Origin: Candidatus Scatovivens sp.
GTDB taxonomy: Bacteria > Bacillota > Clostridia > TANB77 > CAG-508
DNA: 64,000 nt
Direction of reading: 5' to 3'
Assembly: GCA_045646345.1 (NCBI GenBank)
Contig: JAZRKN010000001.1
Location: 128,001 to 192,000, forward strand
Shown: positions 21,208-31,296 of the stretch, in pieces
How positions within the stretch are numbered: the first letter of the stretch is position 1
Layout of the letters: each line of letters opens with the position of its first letter
Made by a program: the position numbers and the translations under genes
Notes under the pieces: generated by a model
What the model saw: only the letters and a program-made list of their open reading frames with translations
The model's database searches: none
Told to the model about the DNA's origin: nothing

Positions 21208-21684
21208 TTAATTCTTTTTACAATCATTATATACCTTTGGGTCAATCCATTTTTTATTTTCCTCTAAATTTTCTCTAACAATTGTTGCTCTAATTGGTAC
21301 TATTTCTCTTTCATTATCCACTCTTCTATCGACTAAATTCATATATTTTGCAACACTTTCACCATATTTTTCACTACTATAAAAATGAGTGGGATTTTCA
21401 TCACCAATTATTTTCGTTAAATATTCCATTTGTATATTTACACTTTCTTCATCTAATCCATATTGTTTTGGTGGATTATATCCGAATTTTATTTCAACAT
21501 TTGGATATAATTCTTTTATCCACTCAGCCCTTTTTTCTGTAGGAATATCTATTAAATCAGTATCATATACAATTACAATCATTTTATCCATTTCTTTCAA
21601 AGCTGTTTCAATTAAAAATTGATGGCCTTTATGAAGTGGTGCAAATTTACCTATAGTAAAACCAACTTTTTTCTCTTCTTTCAT
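21208..21684 (-). CDS. nucleotidyltransferase resembling the NadR NMN-adenylyltransferase domain
   Basis: GKFAPLHKGH (HXGH), YSSEKYG, VPIRATIVR; no kinase domain. Confidence 0.8.
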   Translation of the reverse strand: MKEEKKVGFTIGKFAPLHKGHQFLIETALKEMDKMIVIVYDTDLIDIPTEKRAEWIKELYPNVEIKFGYNPPKQYGLDEESVNIQMEYLTKIIGDENPTHFYSSEKYGESVAKYMNLVDRRVDNEREIVPIRATIVRENLEENKKWIDPKVYNDCKKN

Positions 21685-21840
21685 TATTATCCTCTTTTTA
21701 ATTTTCTCCGAAAAATATTATAACATATTTCTTCTATTTTAACAACTAACATGATATAATCTGTTTGCATTAAAATATTTAATTAAAAATATAAACGAAT
21801 TTATTTTATGAATCTTACTTTTTAATTTGGAGGTATATAT

Positions 21841-23100
21841 TTGAAAAAGCCATCTATCAATCTTGTTTTTTTGATTTTTATCTTAATTTTTGCAATATTT
21901 CTAGTTGCACTAATTTCATTTAATTTTCAAAAACCAAATTATAGTTCAAGAAATGATATATCACATTTAGATTCCGTTCAAGATATTGAGCTAAATAATA
22001 CAATTACAGAACCATCTGTTCTTTCTAAAGAACAATCAAATCGTACAATAATAGCAAAATCAATTGTTCCAAAAGATACTTCAATAACTATTTCTGCAAT
22101 TGGAGATATTATGTGTCATAATACTCAATTTAAAGATGCAAAAAACTCTGATTCATATGATTTTTCTTATGTATTTTCAGATGTTGAACATTTCATAAAA
22201 AATGCAGATATCGCAATTGGTAATTTAGAAACAACTTTTGCTGGAAGTAATAAACCATATCAAGGCTATCCCAATTTTAATAGTCCTGAATCTATGGCAA
22301 ATGATTTAGCAGAGCTTGGTCTTGATGTAATAACTACATCAAACAATCACAGTTTAGATACTGGTTATTCAGGTTTAGAATCAACTCTTAACTTTTTAGA
22401 TGAAGCCAATCTATCTCATGTTGGAACAGCTCGTTCTATAGAAGAGCAAAATACCATTTTAATCAAAGAAATTAATAATTTAAAATTAGCATTCCTATCT
22501 TACACATATGGAACCAATGGAATTCCAATTCCCAAAGGAAAAGAATATTGTATAAATTTAATAGATAAAGATTTAATTTTATCTCAACTACAAAATGCAA
22601 AAGCACAAAACCCAGATCTAATTTTGGTTAGTATCCACTGGGGAAGCGAATACGAGCTCACTCCGAATGCAAATCAAACACAATTGGCTGATTTTTTATT
22701 TGAAAATGGAGCTGACATTATTTTAGGAAGTCACCCTCACGTTTTACAACCACTCGAATGTAGAAAAATAAATCTGCCAGATGGAACAACCAAAAATGGC
22801 TTTGTAATTTATTCTTTAGGCAACTTTATGTCTGGACAAACTCAAGAAAATACAAGGTCTTCTATAATATTAAATTTAAAATTGACAAAAAATGGAGCTA
22901 CCGGTTTATTTTCAATTGATGAGATTATATATACTCCAATATACACATACACTTCTCCAAAATATAAAAATTATAAGATTCTAGATCTTCAAAAATCTAT
23001 TTATAATCACGAAAACAAAATAGACAATTCTCTTTCTATTAACGATTATAATATATTAAAAAAAGAATTAGAAAAAATAAACTCAATATATCTTCCATAG
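21841..23100 (+). CDS. CapA-family metallophosphoesterase, membrane anchored
   Basis: GDIMCH, GNLET, NNHSLD, HWGSEY, GSHPHVLQP, YSLGNF; TTG start with GGAGG. Confidence 0.9.
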   Translation: MKKPSINLVFLIFILIFAIFLVALISFNFQKPNYSSRNDISHLDSVQDIELNNTITEPSVLSKEQSNRTIIAKSIVPKDTSITISAIGDIMCHNTQFKDAKNSDSYDFSYVFSDVEHFIKNADIAIGNLETTFAGSNKPYQGYPNFNSPESMANDLAELGLDVITTSNNHSLDTGYSGLESTLNFLDEANLSHVGTARSIEEQNTILIKEINNLKLAFLSYTYGTNGIPIPKGKEYCINLIDKDLILSQLQNAKAQNPDLILVSIHWGSEYELTPNANQTQLADFLFENGADIILGSHPHVLQPLECRKINLPDGTTKNGFVIYSLGNFMSGQTQENTRSSIILNLKLTKNGATGLFSIDEIIYTPIYTYTSPKYKNYKILDLQKSIYNHENKIDNSLSINDYNILKKELEKINSIYLP

Positions 23101-23151
23101 CAATTCTAAGACAAGCAAAAAAATATTTTTTAGCTTGTCTTTTTGTATGTT

Positions 23152-23168
23152 TGTAACATTTTTGTAAT
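23152..23168 (+). promoter_or_regulatory. WalR/OmpR-type direct-repeat box
   Basis: TGTAAC-N5-TGTAAT upstream of extended -10 TGcTATAAT. Confidence 0.45.
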
Positions 23169-23296
23169 ATCTTTTTAATAGTAATGTTATATTTTTTATA
23201 GACACTTTGTGCTATAATGTATTTGTTAATATTATAATACGATAATTATATTTAAATGTACTATTTTTAGTACATTTGGGAGGTCAAAAAAGAACA

Positions 23297-26098
23297 ATGT
23301 TAAACTTACCTATTGTAAAATTTGAAAAAAGTTGTAACTACTTAAACGAGCAGTTAACACTTCAAAACAATAATAAGCAGTTGATATTGGATATTATCAG
23401 TAATATTGGTCTAATCTTAAATGAGTCTGACGAAAAATTTGAACAATATGATAATATTCTTGAAACAGCAAATGAATTTTTAAAATCACTTTCTGCTAAC
23501 ATAACATCAATTGAACAATTAAATGTAGAAATTAAAAATATCACAGCTGAATTAACAAGTTTATTATCAGAACAAAACAAAGCTTCTAAAACTAAGGAGT
23601 TTTATATTGCTGCCTTCTCAAATATAAAACACAATATTATCGTATATTCAAAAAAATTCCAAGAATTAGAATCAGCATTAACAAACGACAACAACAAATT
23701 CAATGAATTTATTAATGAAAATAATTTTAAATATAATTTTGTATCTATAGACGATTCTACAAACACATATACTTTTACTGGTTTCTCAATAAATGATACT
23801 GAAGAAATTTCAAATGATATTATTGAAATCCCACTTAACAATACATCTGATGATGAAATTGAAAAAACTGAAGTTATTGAAGAAAACATAAATAATGAAA
23901 TAGCAGAATCATCTATTGATGAAATTGTTGTAAATAAAACAGAAAATGAAGAAGTTATTCCTGAAAATATTGTAGATAAAACAGAAAACGAAGAATCTAT
24001 TTCTGAAAATATTGTAGATAAAGCAGAAATTGAAGAAGCTATTCCTGAAAATATTGATAAAATAGAAGAATTAACAAATACATTTAAATCTTTATTATTA
24101 AATATTTCAGAAACCTCTCTAACTGATGCAACTTCTTCTGTCGTATCTTTATTTAAAGAGCTTTTACCAAAAGATACCCAAACTTCTTTTGAATATTTTC
24201 TTGATTTAGGTAACAATTCAGAAAATATTCAAGAAGAATCAGTTGAAATAGAAGAAAATGAATCACCAGAAATTGAATTAAACGCTTTCGATTCATTAAA
24301 ATTAGTTGAAGATTTTATTATCGCAGATTTAGAAAATGTTATTTACGAAGAACATTCAGGACTAATCTATGAATATAATGTTGAAACAAACGAAATCTCT
24401 TCTTATGAAGAACTTATTGAAGAAAATATAGAAGACACTGAACTTGTTGAAAATATAGATATAGAAACAGAAGATCTTTCTAATGATGATTACAATATTA
24501 TAATTGATGACAAAGAAATTATCGAAAATAGTGAAGTTTCTCCTGAATATATCCAAGACACTCAAGAGGTATTAGAATCACCGCTTCCTCCTACAGAAAT
24601 TACTGTAGTTGAAAACGAACCAATTATAGAGGAATCATTTGAAGAAGTTGCTGAAAATTCAGACATCTTATTGTTAGATGCTTTATTAGATAATTCTGAA
24701 TATTTAAGCACAGAATCCATATTGGAAAAACTAGAACAATTAGAAAAAATTGAAGAATTTACACTTTCATCAAATTCTACTTCTTTATCAGATGATAAAA
24801 TTATTGAAGAACAAGATGAAAAAATCGAAAATATTGATGAATCCCCTATTTTAGAATTAGATAATTTAGATAATTTAGATAATAATGATGAATTGGTTGT
24901 AAAAGATTTAGATGACGTTAACGAAGATGTTAAAGATACTAATGAATTCTCTCTTTTAGAACTAGATAATACAGATAATAATGATGAATTGTTTGTAGAA
25001 GATTTAGATGATGTTAACGAAGAAGTTGAAAATACTAATGACATTGATATCTTGATTGATAATATCGAAACAATAGAAAATGTTGAGAAAAGTGTTTTTG
25101 AAGAATTAAACAACGATACATCTTTCCTATCAAACATTTCATTTGATGGAATTTTAAACACATCAGAATTTGATTTAAACACTGATACCTCTATTTTTGA
25201 AGATGTCTTAGATAAAGAAATTTTAGAAAAACTAGATGAAAATGATATTCTAGATGATAATTTAATTGGCGAAAACATTTTAGATGAAACTTTGTTAGAC
25301 TTCGAATTAGAAGAAAATATCATCGACGAAATGATTACAGAAGAATCAGTAATAGATCAACTATTAAATGAATCTAATATAGAAACTCCTGATATTGATA
25401 TTTCAGATTCAGAAATCATCAACCAAGAAGATTACCAATTAGATTCTAATGAAATTACTCTAGACAATCTAAATCTATTAAACAATGTTGATATCGAATC
25501 TTTATCACAAGAAATTGAGGTTCCTCAAAATATTACATTCAAGGACTCTTCTGCTGAACAAGCAGTTCAACACGATGAAGAAAAAAATATTGAACATTTT
25601 TATAAAGATAATCATTCTGACGCTGAGTTTAAAAATAAAGGACTATCAAAAAAAGACTTTGATGAAAAACTTTTAAAAATAGAAAATGCTCTTGAAGATA
25701 ATAAAACTTTAGTTATTTCTGAAAGATTACAGAAAATATATTTACCATATAAAGTTTCAGAATTAACCAACTATATCGAAAATTATCCAGGATCTTATAA
25801 TTCTTTAAAAGATGTTGTTGCTCAAGAATTTATATTACCTTTTGATTACTTTAGAAAACATCCTACAAAAGCTAGATTTACAGAAGCATATAACTTATTA
25901 AAAAATCGTGAAGGTAGAAACTTTATGAAATCTGTTTCATATGCATTCAGATTATTAAATAAAAATAATTTAAACCCAGCAATCATTGCTTCTTGCAAAA
26001 CACAACATGAATTAGATAGTTATCTTTACTATTTAGATTCTGATAATTTAAATAATTTCAAATTCTTTGATATTATTTATGAAGTAAACCCAATGTAA
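23297..26098 (+). CDS. large acidic hypothetical protein (coiled-coil N-terminus, D/E-rich linker, globular C-terminus)
   Basis: 933-codon ORF from ATG after GGGAGGT; extremely D/E/N/I-rich centre. Confidence 0.8.
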   Translation: MLNLPIVKFEKSCNYLNEQLTLQNNNKQLILDIISNIGLILNESDEKFEQYDNILETANEFLKSLSANITSIEQLNVEIKNITAELTSLLSEQNKASKTKEFYIAAFSNIKHNIIVYSKKFQELESALTNDNNKFNEFINENNFKYNFVSIDDSTNTYTFTGFSINDTEEISNDIIEIPLNNTSDDEIEKTEVIEENINNEIAESSIDEIVVNKTENEEVIPENIVDKTENEESISENIVDKAEIEEAIPENIDKIEELTNTFKSLLLNISETSLTDATSSVVSLFKELLPKDTQTSFEYFLDLGNNSENIQEESVEIEENESPEIELNAFDSLKLVEDFIIADLENVIYEEHSGLIYEYNVETNEISSYEELIEENIEDTELVENIDIETEDLSNDDYNIIIDDKEIIENSEVSPEYIQDTQEVLESPLPPTEITVVENEPIIEESFEEVAENSDILLLDALLDNSEYLSTESILEKLEQLEKIEEFTLSSNSTSLSDDKIIEEQDEKIENIDESPILELDNLDNLDNNDELVVKDLDDVNEDVKDTNEFSLLELDNTDNNDELFVEDLDDVNEEVENTNDIDILIDNIETIENVEKSVFEELNNDTSFLSNISFDGILNTSEFDLNTDTSIFEDVLDKEILEKLDENDILDDNLIGENILDETLLDFELEENIIDEMITEESVIDQLLNESNIETPDIDISDSEIINQEDYQLDSNEITLDNLNLLNNVDIESLSQEIEVPQNITFKDSSAEQAVQHDEEKNIEHFYKDNHSDAEFKNKGLSKKDFDEKLLKIENALEDNKTLVISERLQKIYLPYKVSELTNYIENYPGSYNSLKDVVAQEFILPFDYFRKHPTKARFTEAYNLLKNREGRNFMKSVSYAFRLLNKNNLNPAIIASCKTQHELDSYLYYLDSDNLNNFKFFDIIYEVNPM
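23918..24066 (+). repeat. in-frame 42-bp (14 aa) degenerate tandem repeat, about 3.5 copies
   Basis: VNKTENEEVIPENI-VDKTENEESISENI-VDKAEIEEAIPENI-DK. Confidence 0.75.
24850..25040 (+). repeat. in-frame degenerate duplication of about 33 aa
   Basis: LELDN..DNNDELVVKDLDDVNEDVKDTN / LELDNTDNNDELFVEDLDDVNEEVENTN. Confidence 0.7.
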
Positions 26099-26102
26099 AA
26101 TA

Positions 26103-26133
26103 AAAAAGAAAGTAGTTTATCTACTTTCTTTTT
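26103..26133. terminator. bidirectional terminator
   Basis: AAAAAGAAAGTAG...CTACTTTCTTTTT between convergent genes. Confidence 0.75.
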
Positions 26134-26137
26134 GTTT

Positions 26138-27616
26138 CTATAAAATTATACAAATAAGTCCTCCTGTTCCCTCATTTACTATTCTTTGTAATGTATCTTG
26201 CAATTTTATTTGTGCCTCTTCTGGCATTTTTGCAAGTTTGTTCTGCAATCCTTCATTAACTAATTCATGTAGACTTTTCCCAAATATATTAGATTCCCAA
26301 ATTTTTTTAGGATCACTTTCAAATTCAGATAATAAATATTTAACCAAATCTTCTGATTGTTTTTCACTACCAACTATTGGCGAAACTTCAGTTTCTGTGT
26401 TTATTTTTATCATATGAATAGATGGTGCTTTAGCTTTTAATTTCACCCCATACTTTGAACCTTGTTTTACAATTTCAGGCTCATCTAAAATCAAATCCTC
26501 TTTCCCTGGCGTTACAATTCCATATCCTTTTTCATTTACTTCGTGTATCGCATATGCCATTTTATCATAATCTTTTTTTATCTTTGCAAAATCAGTAATA
26601 CATGAAAATAATTCTCCCTCATTTTTTATTTCCACACCAGTTATGTTGCTTAACATATCATAAAACAATTTTTCTTCTAACTGAACATTTATACTAACAA
26701 TTCCATTTCCTAAATTAATTTCATCGACGCTTGTTTTATATATTTCATCACATTCTTCTAATCTTTTATAAACATCATTTATATCCTTCAATCTGGCAAC
26801 ATTCTCAAACGTCTTTTTAAAATTTAAAAATAACTTTTGTTTTAATTCATTGCTTTTATCCAAACCTTCTAACCATCGCGGAAACTTTATTTCAATTCTC
26901 TCTATCATAAATTCATATAATAATTTTGAAAATATACTATTAATATCATCTAAATTTAATTCTAAGCAATTTACAGGTATTACTGTTGCACTATATTTGT
27001 CAGACAATCTTTCAGCCATTTCTATACTATAATTATCATACGGGTTTTGACAATTCATAAGAATTATAAACGGTTTATTTAATTCCTTTAATTCATTTAC
27101 TACTCTTTCTTCAGCTTTTATATAATCTTCTCTTGGAATATCTGTTATACTGCCATCTGTTGTAATAATTATTCCTACTGTAGAATGTTCTACAATAACT
27201 TTTCTAGTTCCAAGCTCAGCAGCTGTTTCAAAAGGAATTTCATTTTCTGACCATGGTGTTTTAACCATTCTGGGCATATCATTTTCCAAATACCCAATTG
27301 CATTATTTACCAAATATCCTACACAATCGACAAGTCTAGTTTTTAATTTTACATTTCCATTTAAATTAATTTCAACAGCCTCATTTGGTATAAATTTCGG
27401 TTCTGTTGTCATTATAGTTCTTCCACTTGCACTCTGTGGTAATTCGTCTACTGCCCTTTCCTTCTTATATTCATTTTCTATATTAGGCAAAACTAGTAGT
27501 TCCATAAATCTTTTAATAAAAGTAGATTTTCCAGTTCTAACAGGTCCCACCACACCTATGTATATGTCCCCTTCTGTTCTTCTAGCAATATCTTGATAAA
27601 TCCCAAAATTTTCCAT
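26138..27616 (-). CDS. spoIVA: stage IV sporulation protein A
   Basis: IYQDIARRTEGDIYIGVVGPVRTGKSTFIKRF, MTTEPKF, C-terminal GGLICIIL; start ATG 27616 after GGGGG. Confidence 0.98.
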   Translation of the reverse strand: MENFGIYQDIARRTEGDIYIGVVGPVRTGKSTFIKRFMELLVLPNIENEYKKERAVDELPQSASGRTIMTTEPKFIPNEAVEINLNGNVKLKTRLVDCVGYLVNNAIGYLENDMPRMVKTPWSENEIPFETAAELGTRKVIVEHSTVGIIITTDGSITDIPREDYIKAEERVVNELKELNKPFIILMNCQNPYDNYSIEMAERLSDKYSATVIPVNCLELNLDDINSIFSKLLYEFMIERIEIKFPRWLEGLDKSNELKQKLFLNFKKTFENVARLKDINDVYKRLEECDEIYKTSVDEINLGNGIVSINVQLEEKLFYDMLSNITGVEIKNEGELFSCITDFAKIKKDYDKMAYAIHEVNEKGYGIVTPGKEDLILDEPEIVKQGSKYGVKLKAKAPSIHMIKINTETEVSPIVGSEKQSEDLVKYLLSEFESDPKKIWESNIFGKSLHELVNEGLQNKLAKMPEEAQIKLQDTLQRIVNEGTGGLICIIL

Positions 27617-27695
27617 AAAAAAATACCCCCTATAAATGTACATCTCTCTTAGTAATTTATATTAGGGTATTTTTAATTTATTCCAATAAAATTTA

Positions 27696-28412
27696 TTACT
27701 TCACAAATATATAGTATTCACCTTTTGTCTTATCCACCTCATTATAGTTTTCGTTAAATACATATATTTGATTTAAACTTGTAATTTCTGTAATTGTCTG
27801 TTTCTTTATTGCCTTATTTGATAGTATTCCATTTTCATCATTCCAAATAATTAAAAACTCTTTTTCTCCACCTGATTTTATTTTCTTCAAATCGCAAAAT
27901 TCATTAGATAAATAAGTTCCATTTTTTACTATATCATTATTCTCTTCATTCATTTTTTGATATGCTACTAAATCCCAATAATAACCATCTTTATAATAAT
28001 ATAAGTCTTTTGAATTTTTATCTATATAATGTGTTTTAGAATATAATTTATATTCATTAAAATCAACTCTTTTAGTAACTATATCTTCATCAATATCCAC
28101 AATAACATCATCTTTAAATATATAAGACCTTCCAATTCCACACTCATATATTTTGTTTTTTATTTTTATAAATCTTCCTGTACCTGCAATATTTAAAGTA
28201 TCAATATTATATATTGGTATTAATTCATTCGTTTGCGCACTTTCTGTTTTCTCAATTCCACTTCTTGAATATATTTCTTGCATTTCTAATGTTTTATATT
28301 CTTGTAAATTCAATCTGTTTTTGATTCCTAGATACACACACAAAGAAAACACCAATAAAAAAATCATTGCAAATAACACAAATAATGATATTACTCCATT
28401 TTCATTCTTCAT
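27696..28412 (-). CDS. hypothetical protein with pilin-like (class III-type) N-terminus
   Basis: MKNENG|VISLFVLFAMIFLLVFSLCVY: short charged leader, Gly, hydrophobic helix; no Glu+5. Confidence 0.6.
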   Translation of the reverse strand: MKNENGVISLFVLFAMIFLLVFSLCVYLGIKNRLNLQEYKTLEMQEIYSRSGIEKTESAQTNELIPIYNIDTLNIAGTGRFIKIKNKIYECGIGRSYIFKDDVIVDIDEDIVTKRVDFNEYKLYSKTHYIDKNSKDLYYYKDGYYWDLVAYQKMNEENNDIVKNGTYLSNEFCDLKKIKSGGEKEFLIIWNDENGILSNKAIKKQTITEITSLNQIYVFNENYNEVDKTKGEYYIFVK

Positions 28413-28478
28413 AATAATTTCCTTTTTAATTTATTCTATTTTATTATAACACACTTATAATTCTATTTGTAAAATTTC

Positions 28479-28507
28479 GTATATTTTTTTATAAATTGCT
28501 AACAATA
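28479..28507 (+). promoter_or_regulatory. putative forespore (sigmaF/sigmaG-type) promoter of ger operon
   Basis: GTATA-N14-GCTAACAATA resembles GYATA-N15-GGNRANAHTA. Confidence 0.35.
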
Positions 28508-28531
28508 AATAATAATTTATCTGGAGTAGCT

Positions 28532-30200
28532 ATGTTAAAAAAAATATTTAATAATCTTTTTAATTATTCTGAAAAAGAAAATTATAACTTCATATTACCC
28601 AATAGTTCTAATAATATTGATGAGACAGAATTCAAGAAAATAGACAGCGAGAGTGTTTCTACTTCTTTAAATAAAAATATTGAATATTTAAAAATAAAAT
28701 ATAATATGCTGATTAATAATGATATTAAAATTCGTGAATTTTCGTTAAATGTTCAAAAAAAGAAATATTCCGCTTTTATTATATATATAGATGGAATGGT
28801 AAATAGTGATAATATTAATGATTTCATTTTAAAACCAATACTTTTAAAAACCTCCATAAAAATGGAAGATCCTTCAAAAACTACTAAAAGTACAAATTCT
28901 TCAAAAATTGAAAAATTTGATTTAGAAAGTTTTATTTATTCGAATTTAATTCCACAAAATAGCATTACTAAAGAAAAAGAATTTAAAAATATTGTTCATA
29001 AAGTCAATGGCGGTTTTTGTGCATTGTTTGTCGAAAGCCTTAATATTTGTTTTTGTATAGAATCAAAAGGGTTTAAAACAAGAAGTATAACTCAACCAAT
29101 AACAGAGGAAGTCGTTAAAGGTTCTCATGAAGGTTTTGTTGAAAATATAAGAACTAATACCTCTATGATTAGAAAAATAATTAATAACGAAAAATTAATT
29201 ATAGAAGAATCTCAAATTGGTGATTTGAACAAAACACAAATTGCTATTTGCTATCTAAAAGATATTACAAATGATGATTTAGTTGGAGAAATAAAATATA
29301 GATTTAACAATTTAAAAATTGATTATGTACTTTCCTCAAATCAATTAGAACAATTTGTTAAAGATAATATAACTTCTGCGTTTCCTCAATCAATTTCTAC
29401 TGAACGACCTGACAAAGCCTCTAATTATTTGATGCTTGGTAGGGTCGTAATATTAGTTAATGGTTCTCCTTTTGCTATAATTCTTCCTGCTTCTTTGGTT
29501 GATTTTTTAACCTCACCAGAAGATTTTAATTTAAACTATCATTATGCTAATTTTTTAAAAATATTAAGAGGACTAGCTCTAGTTTCAGCCTTACTTGTTC
29601 CAGGAATGTATGTAGCAATTACTATGTTTCATTATGAATTGATTCCATCAGAACTCCTTTTTGCAATTGTAGCATCACGTGAAGCAATCCCATTCCCTAT
29701 AATTTTTGAAATAATTATAATGGAAATTTGTTTTGAATTAATTCAAGAAGCAAGTATTCGTGTTCCATCTTCTTTTAGTACAACTGTTGGTATAATTCGG
29801 AGCGTTAATTTTAGGAGATGCTGCGATCTCTGCTAATATTGTCAGTCCAATCTTAATAATAATTGTTGCTTTTTCAGGAATTTGTGCTTTTACAATTCCA
29901 GATAACACATTAAGATTTGCAATTAAAACATTTAGATTTATCTATATTATTTTAGGATATATTGCCGGTTTTTTAGGAATAGCTCTTGGATTTTTTGTCC
30001 ATTTTCTAATCCTTTCAAATCAAAGTTCTTTTGGAGTTCCTTTCTTCTCCCCATATATTCCGTTCAGTAATTTAAAAAACAATGATGGATTATATATTCC
30101 TCCGGTTTGGAAAAGAGAAAAAAGAAATTCTATTTTAAATACAAAGAAACCAAATATTGAAGAACCAATTAGTATGAAATGGAGGAAAAATGCAAAATAA
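28532..30200 (+). CDS. gerKA: GerA-family spore germination receptor subunit A, requires +1 frameshift at 29798
   Basis: IDGMV, GSHEGFVENIRTN, TERPD, GRVVILVNGSP; frame 0 runs off into nonsense after GII, the +1 frame continues GALILGDAAISANIVSP...SFGVPFFSP...PVWKR to TAA 30198-30200; joined length about 555 aa. Confidence 0.88.
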
Positions 30201-31290
30201 TTACAAATTAGAAAAAATAGAATCAATTTGTTTAATACTAATAATCATGACTAATAAATTAATATTAAATATTCCATATTATATTGTTGATCTTGTTGGA
30301 AGTAGTGCAATAATAAATATTATATATATAGGAACAATAGATTTATTATTGACTCTTTTTATAATAAAATTATTGGATAATTTTGAAAATGCAGATATTT
30401 TAGATATTTCTGAATTCTTAGGAGGTAAGCCTTTAAAAATTTTTATTGGCTTAATTAGTATTGCTCTTTTTTTATTAGTTTCTTTTATAACCTTAATTGA
30501 TTTTTCAAATGTTTTGCACACAATATATTTTTCTAATTTTCCTATGATATATATAATATTTTATTTTATCGCAGGTATTTTGATTGCAAATTTGATTGGT
30601 TTAAAATCTTTATCAAGGACTATAACTTTTATAATACCATTTACTATAATTAGTACCCTTGTAACATTTTTTACATCACTTGGAAATCTTGATATAAAAG
30701 ACTTAACACCTATACTAGGAGAAAGTTATTATCAAACATTTATCGTTGGATTAAGTAACTGCTTTTCAATGTATATAATAGTATATCTTTATTTTTTTAA
30801 ACCTTTATTAAAAGATACCAAAGATTTTAAATCAATATCTATAATTTCATATATAATCTCATTTTTCTTACTTTTACTTACAATCATTCCAATGCTTACA
30901 CTTTTTAATACAAGTTCAAACAGTGAACCTATAAATTCTTTATTTTTGCTTTCAAGACAGATTGAACTTGGTAGATTTTTGCAAAGAATAGATGCAATTT
31001 TTATATTTTTATGGATATCAGCAATATTCGCTTATTTAAGTTTTATATTGTTTTTAATTAATAGAATTATAAATAAAATAATTCCTGTTTCAAATGAACA
31101 AATGCTTTCTTATTCCACTTGTAGTATTCTATTTGGAATCACTTTAATTCCAATAAATATTGCTCAAATACATTTTATTGAAGATACTCTTTATAGATAT
31201 CTTATTATTGGATTTATGTTTGGAATAGATTTTTTTATTTTAATACTTGCAAATTTAAAAAAGAAATATTTTAAAAAAGTTAGGAATTAA
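30190..31290 (+). CDS. gerKB: GerAB/GerKB-family (APC-like) germination receptor subunit B
   Basis: 366 aa polytopic protein, LTPILG, GRFLQRIDAIFIFLW; between A and C subunits. Confidence 0.88.
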   Translation: MQNNYKLEKIESICLILIIMTNKLILNIPYYIVDLVGSSAIINIIYIGTIDLLLTLFIIKLLDNFENADILDISEFLGGKPLKIFIGLISIALFLLVSFITLIDFSNVLHTIYFSNFPMIYIIFYFIAGILIANLIGLKSLSRTITFIIPFTIISTLVTFFTSLGNLDIKDLTPILGESYYQTFIVGLSNCFSMYIIVYLYFFKPLLKDTKDFKSISIISYIISFFLLLLTIIPMLTLFNTSSNSEPINSLFLLSRQIELGRFLQRIDAIFIFLWISAIFAYLSFILFLINRIINKIIPVSNEQMLSYSTCSILFGITLIPINIAQIHFIEDTLYRYLIIGFMFGIDFFILILANLKKKYFKKVRN

Positions 31291-31296
31291 ATAAAT

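Noticed and set aside
23602-25323. Long antisense ORFs (204 and 253 aa)
   Set aside because: Ser/Ile/Phe-rich mirror of the GAA/GAT/AAT-rich sense gene; shadow ORFs
27619-27674. AAAATACCC/GGGTATTTT inverted repeat over the spoIVA SD as a riboswitch-like element
   Set aside because: One arm probably lies within the sigmaE-like promoter and would not be transcribed; AT-rich chance match is likely
29441-29443. In-frame AGG in gerA as another possible shift codon
   Set aside because: Reads as the conserved Arg of GRVVILVNGSP with the frame maintained, so AGG is decoded normally
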